NCBI GenBank assembly: GCA_963725865.1
Contig: CAVSAC010000012.1
Coordinates: forward strand, 1,248,001 to 1,312,000
Direction: 5' to 3'
Length of the DNA: 64,000 nucleotides
Origin: Candidatus Eiseniibacteriota bacterium
GTDB taxonomy: Bacteria > Eisenbacteria > RBG-16-71-46
Shown: piece by piece, positions 1-11,122 of the stretch
Position numbering within the stretch: position 1 is the stretch's first letter
Layout of the letters: each line of letters starts with the position of its first letter
Notes under the pieces: generated by a model
The model's database searches: none
The model's input: only the letters and a program-made list of their open reading frames with translations
Told to the model about the DNA's origin: nothing
Made by a program: the position numbers and the translations under genes

Positions 1-270
1 GAGGACGGCGTTCAGGCGCGCTGCCTGGCGGTGCAGGTCACGATCGACCGTCTCGCAGCGCGCGCGCTCCTTGAACAGTTCGTCGGCGATGTTGAGGGAG
101 GCGAGGATCGCCACCTTGGACAGCGAGGCCACCGGGAGCTTCTCGGTGATCTCGCGCATCTTGCGGTCCACGTACGCGGCGACCCCCAGGATGTACTCCT
201 GGTCGGCTTCGCCCCGGATGGTATACGGATGCCCAAAGATCTGGACCTGAACGACGTTCTTGGCGTCCAT
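1..270 (-). CDS. zapA: Cell division protein ZapA (3' end runs off window)
   Basis: Not in ORF track; manual translation from ATG at 270: MDAKNVVQVQIFGHPYTIRGEADQEYILGVAAYVDRKMREI...KVAILASLNIADELF; typical position after pheT. Confidence 0.9.
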   Translation of the reverse strand, partial: MDAKNVVQVQIFGHPYTIRGEADQEYILGVAAYVDRKMREITEKLPVASLSKVAILASLNIADELFKERARCETVDRDLHRQAARLNAVL

Positions 271-369
271 GGTGTCCCCGCTTCGTCGCGTTTCCCTGCG
301 TTTCCAGTTGCGCCTGTCGCCACCGTCGGGCCGACGCCGCGCCTGCGCGCGGCACGCTCCCGCGGTGGA

Positions 370-672
370 TCAGCCCTCGATGCGCTCGAGCTTCTTGATG
401 AGCGCTTCGATCCTCGAGGCCACGTCGCGCCGTTCGCTGTGCCAGTCGCGCTGCTCCTTGCGGAGCGCCGCGACCTCCTGCACCAGCGCCGTCGCGTCCT
501 GGCCCTGCAGCCTGCCCTCGAGCGCCTCGAGCTTCTGCGCCAGCTCGTCGCGCTCGCGCGTCAATCGCTCGCGGTCGTCGCGCAGTCCCTGAACGACCGT
601 GGCCGCCTTCTCGACTCGCTCGGCGAGCCGGTCGAGGTCGGTCTGCATCACGATGGTGTTGGTTTCGCTCAT
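370..672 (-). CDS. Coiled-coil ZapB-like protein
   Basis: MSETNTIVMQTDLDRLAERVEKA... all heptad-like, 100 aa, ATGA overlap with pheT stop, lies between pheT and zapA. Confidence 0.7.
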   Translation of the reverse strand: MSETNTIVMQTDLDRLAERVEKAATVVQGLRDDRERLTRERDELAQKLEALEGRLQGQDATALVQEVAALRKEQRDWHSERRDVASRIEALIKKLERIEG

Positions 673-3086
673 CGCTCTCTCAACTGGCCGCCGCATCCCT
701 TCTCGACGGCTCGCACCATGTGGTCCTGGATGGCCTGGACCTCGGATTCCGTCAGCGTGCGCTCCGGATGCTGGAACTGGAGCGCGAACGCCAGGCTCTT
801 CATGCCCTCCGGAGTGCCGGGGCCAGCGTAGACGTCGAACAACTCGATCGAGGCGAGTCGCTCGCCGGCCGCGGCCGCCAGCACGCGATGCACCTCGTGA
901 TGCGTCGCGCGCTCGGGGACGAAGAACGCGACGTCGCGTCGCACGGGCGGGAACCTCCCGGGCAGCGCCACGCCGGAGCGCCGTGCGCCGCGGGCGGGCA
1001 ACGGATCCAGGAGCGCCATGAACAGGTGCACCGGGAGCTCGATCTCCCATTCGCGCAGCAGCGGCGAGCCCAGCGTCCCAGCCCAAGCGATGCGTGAAGT
1101 ACCGTCCGCAACTTCCGCGCTGGCACCGGGTTTCCAGCCGCCCGCAGGATAGGCGCGCCATTCTGGCGTGTCAACGCCCATCTCCTCCAGCCACGCCTCC
1201 CACAGCCCCTTCGCGTCGTCGAAGTCGGCCGGCTGCTGGGCGGCGTCGTGCGCGTGCGCGTAGCGCGCGCCCGTCACGATCGCCGCGAGCATCGGACGTT
1301 CTTCCGGCAGCTCGCCGGCGCGCGCCCGAAAGCCCGTTCCCACTTCGAACAGCCGCACCGCCGGCGCGCCCTGGCGCAGGTTGTGCGCGCACGCGCGCAG
1401 CAGGCCGGGCACCGGGTTGGGCCGCAGCACTTCGCTCTCGCGGCTCATCGCGTTCGCGAGCCGCACGAGCGCGGGCGCCTCGTCGATCAGCGCGGCGCAC
1501 GGGAGCGCCTCGCGCTCCGAGACCAGCGTGGTGGTCCACGCCTCGCTGAGCCCGCGCGCGAGCATCGCGGCGCGGGCGCGCTCGAGCACGCGCTCGCGCG
1601 GGCCGCGCTGGGCGAACACGCCGTGGGTCTCGAGCGGGGCCTCGGGGATCCGGTCGTAGCCGTGGGCCCGCGCGACCTCCTCGACCAGGTCGTCCTCGAG
1701 GGTCACGTCGGGGCGCCACGTCGGGACCCGCACGACGAGCGGGTCGCTCCCCTGCGCCTCGAACTCGAGCCCGTCGAGGTAGCCGCGCGCCGCTTCCGCC
1801 TCGAGCGCCAGCCCCGCCACCCGCGCGATCCGCGAGAGCCGCAGCTCCACCGTGCGGGGCGCGTGATCCAGCACGTCGCGCTCGGCCCCCACGCCCAGCG
1901 TCGCGCCCGGACAGAGCTCGAGCAGCAGGTCGAGGAAGCGGCGCGCCGCGAACGGCGTGGCGCCCGGGTCCACCCCCCGCTCGAAGCGCTTGGAGGCTTC
2001 GGTCGTCATGCCCAGCGCGCGAGCGCCGCGGCGCACGCGCTGCGGGAGGAACCACGCACACTCGAGCAGCAGGCGTCGCGTGCCGGCGTGCACCTCGCTG
2101 TCCGCCCCGCCCATCACGCCGGCCAGCGCGACCGCGCGCTCGGCGTCGGCGATCACCAGCACCTCGGGGTTCAGCTCGCGCGGCTTGCCGTCGAGCGTGG
2201 TCAGACGCTCGCCCGCGCGCGCGCGCCGCACGCGGATCGCGGGGCCCGCGAGCCGGTCGAGGTCGAATGCGTGGACCGGCTGGCCGTACTCGAACAGCAC
2301 CAGGTTCGTGAGGTCGACCACGTTGCTGATCGGACGCTGTCCCATCGCCTCGAGGCGCCGCTGCAGCCACTCCGGCGAGGGACCGACCGTGACGCCCTCG
2401 ACCACCTGCGCGATGTAGCGCGGGCCGCCCTCGGCGTCCTCGAGCTCGAGGTCGAAGCCCTTGCGGGTCTCCCACGCCGCGGTGCTGAGCCGGCGCGCCG
2501 CCTCGGTCCACGCCGCGCCGAACGCCGAGCGCACCTCGCGCGCCAGGCCGATCACGCCGAGTCCGTCGGGGCGATTGAACGGCACTTCCACCTCGAGCAG
2601 CGTGTCGGGCGGGCCGAACAGCTCGTCGATCGCGCGGCCGAGCGTGAGCCCGTCCGCGCTCCCGCGCAGCCGCACGAGGTCGACGATGCCGCTGTGGTCG
2701 TCCGAGAGTCCCAGCTCGCGCGCCGAGCACAGCATGCCCTGGCTCTCCTCGCCGCGGACCTTGCGCTTCTCGATCCGGAACTCGCCCGGCAGCACCGCGC
2801 CGATGCGCGCGAACGGCACCACCATCCCCGCCGTCACGTTGGGCGCGCCGCACACGATGCGCAGCGGCGTGCCGGTGCCGTCGTCGACCGCGCAGAGCGA
2901 GAGCTTGTCGGCGTTGGGGTGCTTCGTCACCTCGAGCACCCGTGCCACCACCACGCCGGGATAGCTGTGGCCGTGGGTCTCGAGGCCCTCGACGTAGAAG
3001 CCGCGCCGGGTCAGCGCGTCGGCCACCTGTTCGGGGGTGGCGTCGAGCTGGACCCAGTCGCGCAGCCAGGAGATCGGGAGTCGCAT
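669..3086 (-). CDS. pheT: Phenylalanine-tRNA ligase beta subunit
   Basis: MRLPISWLRDWV, HPNADKL, CGAPNV, NRPD, FERGVD, FDX-ACB tail (FDVYAG...KSLAF). Confidence 0.98.
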   Translation of the reverse strand: MRLPISWLRDWVQLDATPEQVADALTRRGFYVEGLETHGHSYPGVVVARVLEVTKHPNADKLSLCAVDDGTGTPLRIVCGAPNVTAGMVVPFARIGAVLPGEFRIEKRKVRGEESQGMLCSARELGLSDDHSGIVDLVRLRGSADGLTLGRAIDELFGPPDTLLEVEVPFNRPDGLGVIGLAREVRSAFGAAWTEAARRLSTAAWETRKGFDLELEDAEGGPRYIAQVVEGVTVGPSPEWLQRRLEAMGQRPISNVVDLTNLVLFEYGQPVHAFDLDRLAGPAIRVRRARAGERLTTLDGKPRELNPEVLVIADAERAVALAGVMGGADSEVHAGTRRLLLECAWFLPQRVRRGARALGMTTEASKRFERGVDPGATPFAARRFLDLLLELCPGATLGVGAERDVLDHAPRTVELRLSRIARVAGLALEAEAARGYLDGLEFEAQGSDPLVVRVPTWRPDVTLEDDLVEEVARAHGYDRIPEAPLETHGVFAQRGPRERVLERARAAMLARGLSEAWTTTLVSEREALPCAALIDEAPALVRLANAMSRESEVLRPNPVPGLLRACAHNLRQGAPAVRLFEVGTGFRARAGELPEERPMLAAIVTGARYAHAHDAAQQPADFDDAKGLWEAWLEEMGVDTPEWRAYPAGGWKPGASAEVADGTSRIAWAGTLGSPLLREWEIELPVHLFMALLDPLPARGARRSGVALPGRFPPVRRDVAFFVPERATHHEVHRVLAAAAGERLASIELFDVYAGPGTPEGMKSLAFALQFQHPERTLTESEVQAIQDHMVRAVEKGCGGQLRER

Positions 3087-3121
3087 GCGGTCCTTCGAGG
3101 CGCGCGGGTGAGCGCGCCGGA

Positions 3122-4264
3122 TCAGAACTGGTGCAGGAAGCGGATGTCGTTCTCGAGGAACAGGCGGATCTCGGGCACGCCGTAGCGCAGCATCGCGATG
3201 CGCTCGAGTCCCATGCCGAAAGCGAATCCGGTGACGCGCTCGGGATCGTAGCCGACCGCGCGGAAGACGTTCGGGTGCACCATGCCGGCGCCCAGCACCT
3301 CGAGCCAGCCGGAGCCCTTGCACACCACGCAACGTCGCTCGCCCTCGGGCGTCTTCTGGCGCCCGCCGCCGCCGCAGATGACGCACGAGACGTCCATCTG
3401 GCAGCCGGGCTCGACGAACGGGAAGTAGATCGGGATCAGCCGCGTCTTCAGGTGCGCGCCGTAGATGTGGCGAGCGAACGTGTTCAGCGTGCTCTTGAGG
3501 TCCGCCATCGACACGTCGGTGTCGACGAACAGGCCGTCGATCTGGTGGAACTGGTCCATGTGGCTGGCGTCCACCTGCTCGGCACGGTACACGCGGCCCG
3601 GGAACACCAGTCGCAGCGGCGGCTGCCGTTCCTCCATCGCCCGCACCCAGCCCGGCGAGGTGTGCGTGCGCAGCACCACCTGGGGATCGACGAAGTAGGT
3701 GTCGTGCGCGTCGCGCGCCGGGTGGTCGGGCGCGAAGTTGAGCTTGCCGAAGTTGTACTCGTCCCACTCCACCTCGGGACTGGTGTAGACGGAATAGCCG
3801 AGCCCATGGAACAGGTCGAGCAGCTCGTCGCGCACCTGCGCGAGCACGTGGCGATGCCCCACCCACGGCCGGCGTCCCGGCAGCGTGACGTCGAGCGCGT
3901 CGCGCGACTCGGCGGCGCGCTCGAGCGCGGCCTTGCGAGCGGCCGCGACCTCCTCGAGCAGGCGCTTGGCGAGATTGAGGCCCCGGCCGCGCCGCTTGCG
4001 CTCGTCGATCGCGAGCGCCGGCAGTTCCCCCAGCGCCCGCGTCAGCGCGCCGCGCTCGCGCCCCAGCACCGCCACCACGCAGGTGGAAAGCGCGGCGGCG
4101 TCCGGCGCGCCGGACAACCGCTCGCTCCACGCCAGGACTGCCTGCGCGAGGTCGCCATCGGTCGCGCGCAGCGCGGCCAGGCGCTCGTCGAAGTCCGGCA
4201 GCAGCGGCCGCGGGTCACCCGCGGCCCACTGCGGATCGAGTCCGTTCAGCAGCGGGTCGGCCAT
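3122..4264 (-). CDS. pheS: Phenylalanine-tRNA ligase alpha subunit
   Basis: HPARDAHDTY, LRTHTSP, FHQIDG, YFPFVEP, CxxC..CxxC insert, GFAFGMGLER. Confidence 0.98.
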   Translation of the reverse strand: MADPLLNGLDPQWAAGDPRPLLPDFDERLAALRATDGDLAQAVLAWSERLSGAPDAAALSTCVVAVLGRERGALTRALGELPALAIDERKRRGRGLNLAKRLLEEVAAARKAALERAAESRDALDVTLPGRRPWVGHRHVLAQVRDELLDLFHGLGYSVYTSPEVEWDEYNFGKLNFAPDHPARDAHDTYFVDPQVVLRTHTSPGWVRAMEERQPPLRLVFPGRVYRAEQVDASHMDQFHQIDGLFVDTDVSMADLKSTLNTFARHIYGAHLKTRLIPIYFPFVEPGCQMDVSCVICGGGGRQKTPEGERRCVVCKGSGWLEVLGAGMVHPNVFRAVGYDPERVTGFAFGMGLERIAMLRYGVPEIRLFLENDIRFLHQF

Positions 4265-4268
4265 CGCG

Positions 4269-4625
4269 TCACACCGTCGCCGACTTCGCCACCTCCGCGA
4301 GCTTCGCGAACGCCCCCGCGTCGCGCACCGCGAGGTCGGCGAGCAGCTTGCGGTTGACGTCCACGTTCGCCTTCTTCAGGCCGGCGATGAGCGTGCTGTA
4401 CGACAGGCCGTTGATGCGCGCGGCCGCGTTGATGCGCACGATCCACAGGCGGCGGAAGTCCCGCTTCTTCTTGCGACGGTGTTCGTACGCGAACTGCCCG
4501 GCGCGCTGCACGGTCTGGAGCGCGCTCTTGTACAGCTTGCGGCGGCCGCTGAAGTTCCCCTTCGCGGCCTTCATCACCTTGCGCCGGCGGGCGCGTCCGG
4601 GAACTACGGTCTTGGAACGAGGCAT
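4269..4625 (-). CDS. rplT: 50S ribosomal protein L20
   Basis: [21 protein letters not shown]; synteny. Confidence 0.98.
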   Translation of the reverse strand: MPRSKTVVPGRARRRKVMKAAKGNFSGRRKLYKSALQTVQRAGQFAYEHRRKKKRDFRRLWIVRINAAARINGLSYSTLIAGLKKANVDVNRKLLADLAVRDAGAFAKLAEVAKSATV

Positions 4626-4701
4626 CGGTCATGACCTCCATGCCCGCGGCGCCATCGCTCGGGGGCGCGACGCGGGGCGGATGTTCGTCGTGAATTCGGG
4701 T

Positions 4702-4899
4702 CTAACGCTTGCCGAGCATGCGGAGGACGCGCGCCTGATCGGCAGCGGCCACCACCTCGGTGCCCACCAGCTTGCGCTTCCGGCCCCGCGACTTGCCGAT
4801 CATGCCGTGACGCAGGTTCGCGTGGCCGCGCACGGCCTTGCCGGTGCCGGACACCTTGAACCGCTTCGCGGCGGCTCGGTTGGTCTTCATCTTGGGCAT
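4702..4899 (-). CDS. rpmI: 50S ribosomal protein L35
   Basis: [21 protein letters not shown]. Confidence 0.98.
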   Translation of the reverse strand: MPKMKTNRAAAKRFKVSGTGKAVRGHANLRHGMIGKSRGRKRKLVGTEVVAAADQARVLRMLGKR

Positions 4900-4903
4900 C
4901 GGG

Positions 4904-5527
4904 TCACTCCTTCAAAGCGCCGGGCGGCGGTGCCGCGGCGGCGGAAGCGGACTCGGCCTTGCCGGCCGGCGCCGCGTGGGTCTCGGCTTTGCCACCGCCG
5001 GTCTTCGACGGCTTGGGCATCATCACCGCGTTGAGCGTGCGCCCTTCCGAGCGCGGCGGCGATTCCACCAGCGCCACGTCGGCCAGCGCGGCGATCACCT
5101 TCTGGATGAGCGCGTAGCCAAGCTCCTGGTGCGCCATCTCGCGACCGCGGAACGTGACCGTGACCTTGACCTTGTCACGGTCGTCGAGGAACTGGCGAGC
5201 GTGCTTGAGCTTGAACTCGTAGTCGTGGTCGTCGATCTTGGGCCGCATCTTCACTTCCTTGAGCTGCATCTGGTGCTGCTTCTTCTTGGCCACCCGGGCG
5301 CGGCGGTTCTGTTCGTACTTGTACTTCCCGTAGTCCATGATGCGGCAGACGGGCGGTCGCGCCGTCGGCGACACCTCGACCAGATCGAGGCCCTTGGACT
5401 GCGCCAGCGCGAGCGCTTCGCGCACTGGCAGCACGCCGACCTGAGCGCCGTCGTCCCCGATCACGCGGACCTGGGGGACGCGGATGCGCTCATTGACGCG
5501 CACTTCAGGCTGCTTCATCACCGAAAT
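4904..5527 (-). CDS. infC: Translation initiation factor IF-3, probable ATT start
   Basis: [44 protein letters not shown] 6 nt before in-frame ATT at 5527. Confidence 0.95.
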   Translation of the reverse strand: MSVMKQPEVRVNERIRVPQVRVIGDDGAQVGVLPVREALALAQSKGLDLVEVSPTARPPVCRIMDYGKYKYEQNRRARVAKKKQHQMQLKEVKMRPKIDDHDYEFKLKHARQFLDDRDKVKVTVTFRGREMAHQELGYALIQKVIAALADVALVESPPRSEGRTLNAVMMPKPSKTGGGKAETHAAPAGKAESASAAAAPPPGALKE

Positions 5528-5529
5528 GG

Positions 5530-5740
5530 CTGCACCTCCGATCCAGACGTTCGAACAGGAGCCCGGTCGCGCGTGGCGCGCCACGAAACGCGAACGCCGG
5601 GCGGGTCCTCCAAGCGGAAGGCCCCGCCCGGCGTCGGCCGGAGCGAGCGAGCGCGCGCCCATGTCGTTGGGGCACGCGACCAAGACCCTTGAGCAAGACC
5701 ACGAGGTCCGCGGGGGTGAGAAGCGCGAGGCTTCTGCTTG
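5530..5740 (-). promoter_or_regulatory. L20 leader-like cis-regulatory RNA upstream of infC-rpmI-rplT
   Basis: Minus strand AAGCAGAAGCCTCGCGCTTCTCACC (5739-5715) resembles the conserved 5' segment of the L20 leader; long GC-rich UTR. Confidence 0.6.
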
Positions 5741-5754
5741 GAAACTGGACGGGC

Positions 5755-5784
5755 AGTCTAAGGCACCGCCGCGGTGCGGTGCAA
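5755..5784 (-). promoter_or_regulatory. Putative sigma70 promoter of infC operon
   Basis: TTGCAC-18 nt-TAGACT just upstream of the leader. Confidence 0.5.
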
Positions 5785-5910
5785 GGCGACTGTGGGCCGG
5801 GTTGACAACCGTGGTCGTCCCCTGCGCATCCTAGCGGGGCGAATCGACCCCATCCCCTGCCGTCCCGGAGCGACCGCACGCCGGGAAGTACCCCCCAAAC
5901 GGAGGTTCTC

Positions 5911-6546
5911 ATGCGCACGCTCTTCGTCCTCGCCGCCCTGGCGGTGGTGGTCAGCGCCTCGACCGCGTCCGCCCTCGAGACGGGCGACGGCTACTACGCC
6001 ATCCAGATCACCAACGGCACCGCGGATCTGTACTCGCCCGCGGCGGGAAGCTACATCAGCGCCTACGACCACTCCGAGGTCGGGGTCGGGCTCCAGTACT
6101 GGCGGCTGATGTCGCCCGACTACGCGTTCACGTTCTCCGGCGGGGTGGGTTACTTCGCCGAGACCGACAAGCCGGGGGCCAACGCCACCCCCACGGCGAC
6201 CGACTTCAAGTACACCCAGAGCTCGTGGAACGTCCGCATCGGCGGGGACCGCATCGCGAAAGTGGCCGACCGCGCGATCCTCTACTTCGGACCGGGGCTC
6301 GAATACTGGAGCGGCAAGGCCAAGTTCGACGGCGGCGCCTATCTCAACCCCTACCAGACCCAGAACGTCACGCGCTTCGGGCTCTCCGGCCGGGTCGGTG
6401 GGATGATGATGTTCACCGACCAGGTGGGCTTCAACATCCAGGTCGGACGCTACGTCGCCTACGCTTCCGCCGAGGAAGGTGGCGCCAAGGCCACGTGGTG
6501 GCCGAGCGGCTTCCAGGGTACCGGCGGCCTGGTGCTCAAGTTCTGA
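5911..6546 (+). CDS. Outer membrane beta-barrel protein
   Basis: SD GGAGG, signal peptide ending ASA, alternating aromatic strands, C-terminal Phe (GLVLKF). Confidence 0.85.
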   Translation: MRTLFVLAALAVVVSASTASALETGDGYYAIQITNGTADLYSPAAGSYISAYDHSEVGVGLQYWRLMSPDYAFTFSGGVGYFAETDKPGANATPTATDFKYTQSSWNVRIGGDRIAKVADRAILYFGPGLEYWSGKAKFDGGAYLNPYQTQNVTRFGLSGRVGGMMMFTDQVGFNIQVGRYVAYASAEEGGAKATWWPSGFQGTGGLVLKF

Positions 6547-6764
6547 TCCGACCTCTCGGCGGTGATGTGCGCGGGCGCGCGGACTGCGGTCCGGGCGCCC
6601 GCGGCATGCACGGCACCGCGCCGCGGATCGCGGGAAGGCTGGCATTCGGTCCGCCGGGCGCCTACTCTGGGTCCGGGTCGACGGCCGGGCCGAACGCCCG
6701 GCGCGCAGGCGGCGCGCCACCCGCGCGCCGCCGTGTCGTTTCGGGCACAGGAGATCCGCTCCGC

Positions 6765-7628
6765 ATGATGGTCCGCCACTGGGTCGCGACGCTCTCGCTG
6801 CTCGCCCCATTGCTCATCCCGTCCCACGCGTCCGCCGCTCCGGCGGATTCGAGCGCGACCCGTGCCGACACCTACCACCTCGATCTCTCCTCTCCCCGCG
6901 CGGGTGCCGCTCCGGTGGACTCGAGCGCGACGCGCGCCGACACCAGCGCCACCGCCACCGACTCCACCGGGCACCGCGTCCCTCCCATCACCATCGTGCG
7001 GCTGCCGCTGGGGACCACGCCGCTCGATCGCCCCGACAGCGCGGCCGCGACGCGTCCGCCGGGCAAGGAGCGCCGCAAGGGGCCCGAGCAGCGGTTCTTC
7101 GTGCTGGGCGGGTTCGGCTTCCCACTCGCGCCGCCGGCCCTCACGAGCCAGTGGAATGCGGGCGGCAACTTCGGCGCCGGGATGGAATTCCTGCTCGAGC
7201 CGCGCTTCAGCGTGCGGATCCGCGCCGACTGGACGCAGCTGCCATTCGACGAGCGGCACTTCCTCAAGCGGATCGGCCTGTACGGGACCGGCGCCGCCGT
7301 CGAGGGCGGCGGCGCGAGCCTGGTGCAATTGGCCGCGATGCTGAAGCTCCACACCCGCGGCGAGTGGCCGCGCTTCTTCATCGAGGCCGGCCCCGGGCTG
7401 GGCCTGGTGCGCAGCGGTGACGCGCTGCTGTACGACCCCGTCACGGCGACGCTGTTCGAGAACCAGGGCGAGGACGAGTTCCGCGGTGCCGCGAGTGCCG
7501 GCGGGGGCGTCGAGCTGCTGAGGCGCGACGGCAGCGGACTGTTCGTGGACCTCCACTGGAACTCGATCTTCACCAAGGGGCGCACGACCCAGTCGATGCC
7601 GTTCACGGTCGGGATCCTCTTCCCGTAG
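6765..7628 (+). CDS. Outer membrane beta-barrel protein with low-complexity N-terminal stalk
   Basis: Signal peptide, duplicated APxDSSATRADT, ~8 amphipathic strands, ends PFTVGILFP. Confidence 0.75.
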   Translation: MMVRHWVATLSLLAPLLIPSHASAAPADSSATRADTYHLDLSSPRAGAAPVDSSATRADTSATATDSTGHRVPPITIVRLPLGTTPLDRPDSAAATRPPGKERRKGPEQRFFVLGGFGFPLAPPALTSQWNAGGNFGAGMEFLLEPRFSVRIRADWTQLPFDERHFLKRIGLYGTGAAVEGGGASLVQLAAMLKLHTRGEWPRFFIEAGPGLGLVRSGDALLYDPVTATLFENQGEDEFRGAASAGGGVELLRRDGSGLFVDLHWNSIFTKGRTTQSMPFTVGILFP

Positions 7629-7745
7629 TCCGGCCGGCCGTGCGCCGGGCGGCGCGGCGGTGAGGAACTCCGGAACACGCGTCGCCGGGCAGGGGTAGGA
7701 CGAGGCGATGACGCATCGGGAAAGCTCCTCACCTCGGAGGCCAGG

Positions 7746-8357
7746 ATGAACCGATCGATCCTTGCTCTTCCCATCATGCTCGCCCTCGGGACATGCGGAT
7801 TGGCGCCCGACGGGGCCCGCGCGGCCGGCAACGTGCGGCCATTCGTCGCCGTGGGTTGGTCCGCTCCGGTGACCTACAGCGATGCCCACATCGGCCCGGC
7901 GTGGTCCGGTGGCCTCGAGGTGGAGCAGTCGGAGCGCGTGAGCATGCTGGCTCGCGTCGATCTCACCACGCTCGGCGGCCCGGTCGCCGACGGCCGCGTC
8001 GTCGCGCTCTCGGGGCCCGACGCGCCGCGGCTCTATGAGGTCGACGCCGCCGATCTCCGCACCGCGAGCGCCGCTTTCGGCGCGCGGCTCTACCCCGTCC
8101 GCATCGCGCGCTGGCGCACCTACGCTGACGCGACGCTTGGCGCGCGCGTGGGCCTCGAGGGCCGGCGCACGTCCTCGTTCTCGCCACACGGCGACCGGAA
8201 CCGGTTCAACGGCGTGGTCGGTGCGCTGCACGCCGGCATCACCACCGCGCGCCGGGGCGGCGGCGGGCTGTTCACCGACGTGGGTTGGGAATTCGTGGCG
8301 CGCAACCCCGCTCGCTACGCGGTGGTGCCGGTGCGGGTCGGCATCATCCTGCCCTGA
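7746..8357 (+). CDS. Outer membrane beta-barrel protein (paralog)
   Basis: SD GGAGG, signal peptide, ends PVRVGIILP. Confidence 0.7.
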   Translation: MNRSILALPIMLALGTCGLAPDGARAAGNVRPFVAVGWSAPVTYSDAHIGPAWSGGLEVEQSERVSMLARVDLTTLGGPVADGRVVALSGPDAPRLYEVDAADLRTASAAFGARLYPVRIARWRTYADATLGARVGLEGRRTSSFSPHGDRNRFNGVVGALHAGITTARRGGGGLFTDVGWEFVARNPARYAVVPVRVGIILP

Positions 8358-8372
8358 GACGGAGGAGGCGAT

Positions 8373-9041
8373 ATGCAGGCCGCGCACGGAATCGCGACCG
8401 GTGCGCGGAGGGGAGCATGGCTCCTCTTCGTGCTGTTGGCGGGGCTGGGCGCCGCGTGGAGCGACGCGTCCGCCGTGCTGGTGACGGTGCCTCGCGACGG
8501 GCCCGCTTCCGGCCCGCCGCCGGATGTGCACGTCGCAGGGGCGATCGGATACTGCCGCGCACAGCGCTGGCCGGTGCTGCAGGACGGGTTCATCGCGTCG
8601 CTGCGGCTCTCGATCGATCCATCCCCGTGGTGGAGTCCGTTCCTCGAGGTGCAGTCGACCGGATTGACGGGGACCGTCACCTACCGCACGTTCACTCAGA
8701 CGCTGTACACGTCGCGCGAGGACCGTAGGCTCAACGCGGTGGCGATCGGCACGCGCGTCCACCTGGTGAGGCGACGCCTGATTCGCCCCTTCCTCGAGGG
8801 CGGCATCGCCGCGCGATTCGCGGGCGATCAGGACAGGGTTTACGCCAATGATGCCTCCAGTGTCACCCGGGTTGGACCGCTCGTCGACGAAGAGGGCCTC
8901 GCCGGCTTTGGTCGAGCAGGTCTCTCGACCGCGCAGTGGAATGGAGCGGGGGTGTTCGTGGATGCGGGCTACGAGTTCTTGTTCAAGAACCCCGACCAGC
9001 GCGGCGTGACGCCGGTGCGGTTCGGGATCCTGTTCCCGTAG
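8373..9041 (+). CDS. Outer membrane beta-barrel protein (paralog)
   Basis: SD GGAGGAGG, signal peptide, ends PVRFGILFP. Confidence 0.7.
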   Translation: MQAAHGIATGARRGAWLLFVLLAGLGAAWSDASAVLVTVPRDGPASGPPPDVHVAGAIGYCRAQRWPVLQDGFIASLRLSIDPSPWWSPFLEVQSTGLTGTVTYRTFTQTLYTSREDRRLNAVAIGTRVHLVRRRLIRPFLEGGIAARFAGDQDRVYANDASSVTRVGPLVDEEGLAGFGRAGLSTAQWNGAGVFVDAGYEFLFKNPDQRGVTPVRFGILFP

Positions 9042-9051
9042 CGACGTACCC

Positions 9052-9095
9052 ACGGCACGAAGGCCCCGCCGCGCGCGACGGGGCCTTCGTGCCGT
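9052..9095. terminator. 17-bp hairpin between convergent OMP and thrS genes
   Basis: ACGGCACGAAGGCCCCG / CGGGGCCTTCGTGCCGT perfect inverted repeat. Confidence 0.75.
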
Positions 9096-9105
9096 CCAGC
9101 AGAGC

Positions 9106-10884
<1,779 letters not shown>

Positions 10885-10961
10885 GGCGGATTCCCTTCGC
10901 AACGAGACGCGGGGCGGCACGCCGGGACGACGGTCCGAACGGCATACGCGCCCCGCGAAGA

Positions 10962-11038
10962 TGGTGGGCGATACTGGACTTGAACCAGTGACCCCTTGCT
11001 TGTCGAGCAAGTGCTCTAGCCAGCTGAGCTAATCGCCC
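10962..11038 (-). tRNA. tRNA-Val(GAC)
   Basis: GGGCGATTAGCTCAG...CTTGC-TCGACAA-GCAAG...GGTTCAAGTCC...CGCCCACCA cloverleaf with CCA. Confidence 0.96.
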
Positions 11039-11122
11039 GCGAGCGGGAGATCAAACCGCACCGTGGCGCGCGCTGTCAAGGCAGCCACCGATGCTGCCGA
11101 TAACCGGCGCAGAGGTGCTCGC

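Noticed and set aside
669..4130. 1153-aa ORF implying a long PheT extension; likewise the 1540-aa ORF at 22857-27479
   Set aside because: The extensions are Arg/Ala/Gly-rich off-frame readings of upstream genes, typical of high-GC DNA.
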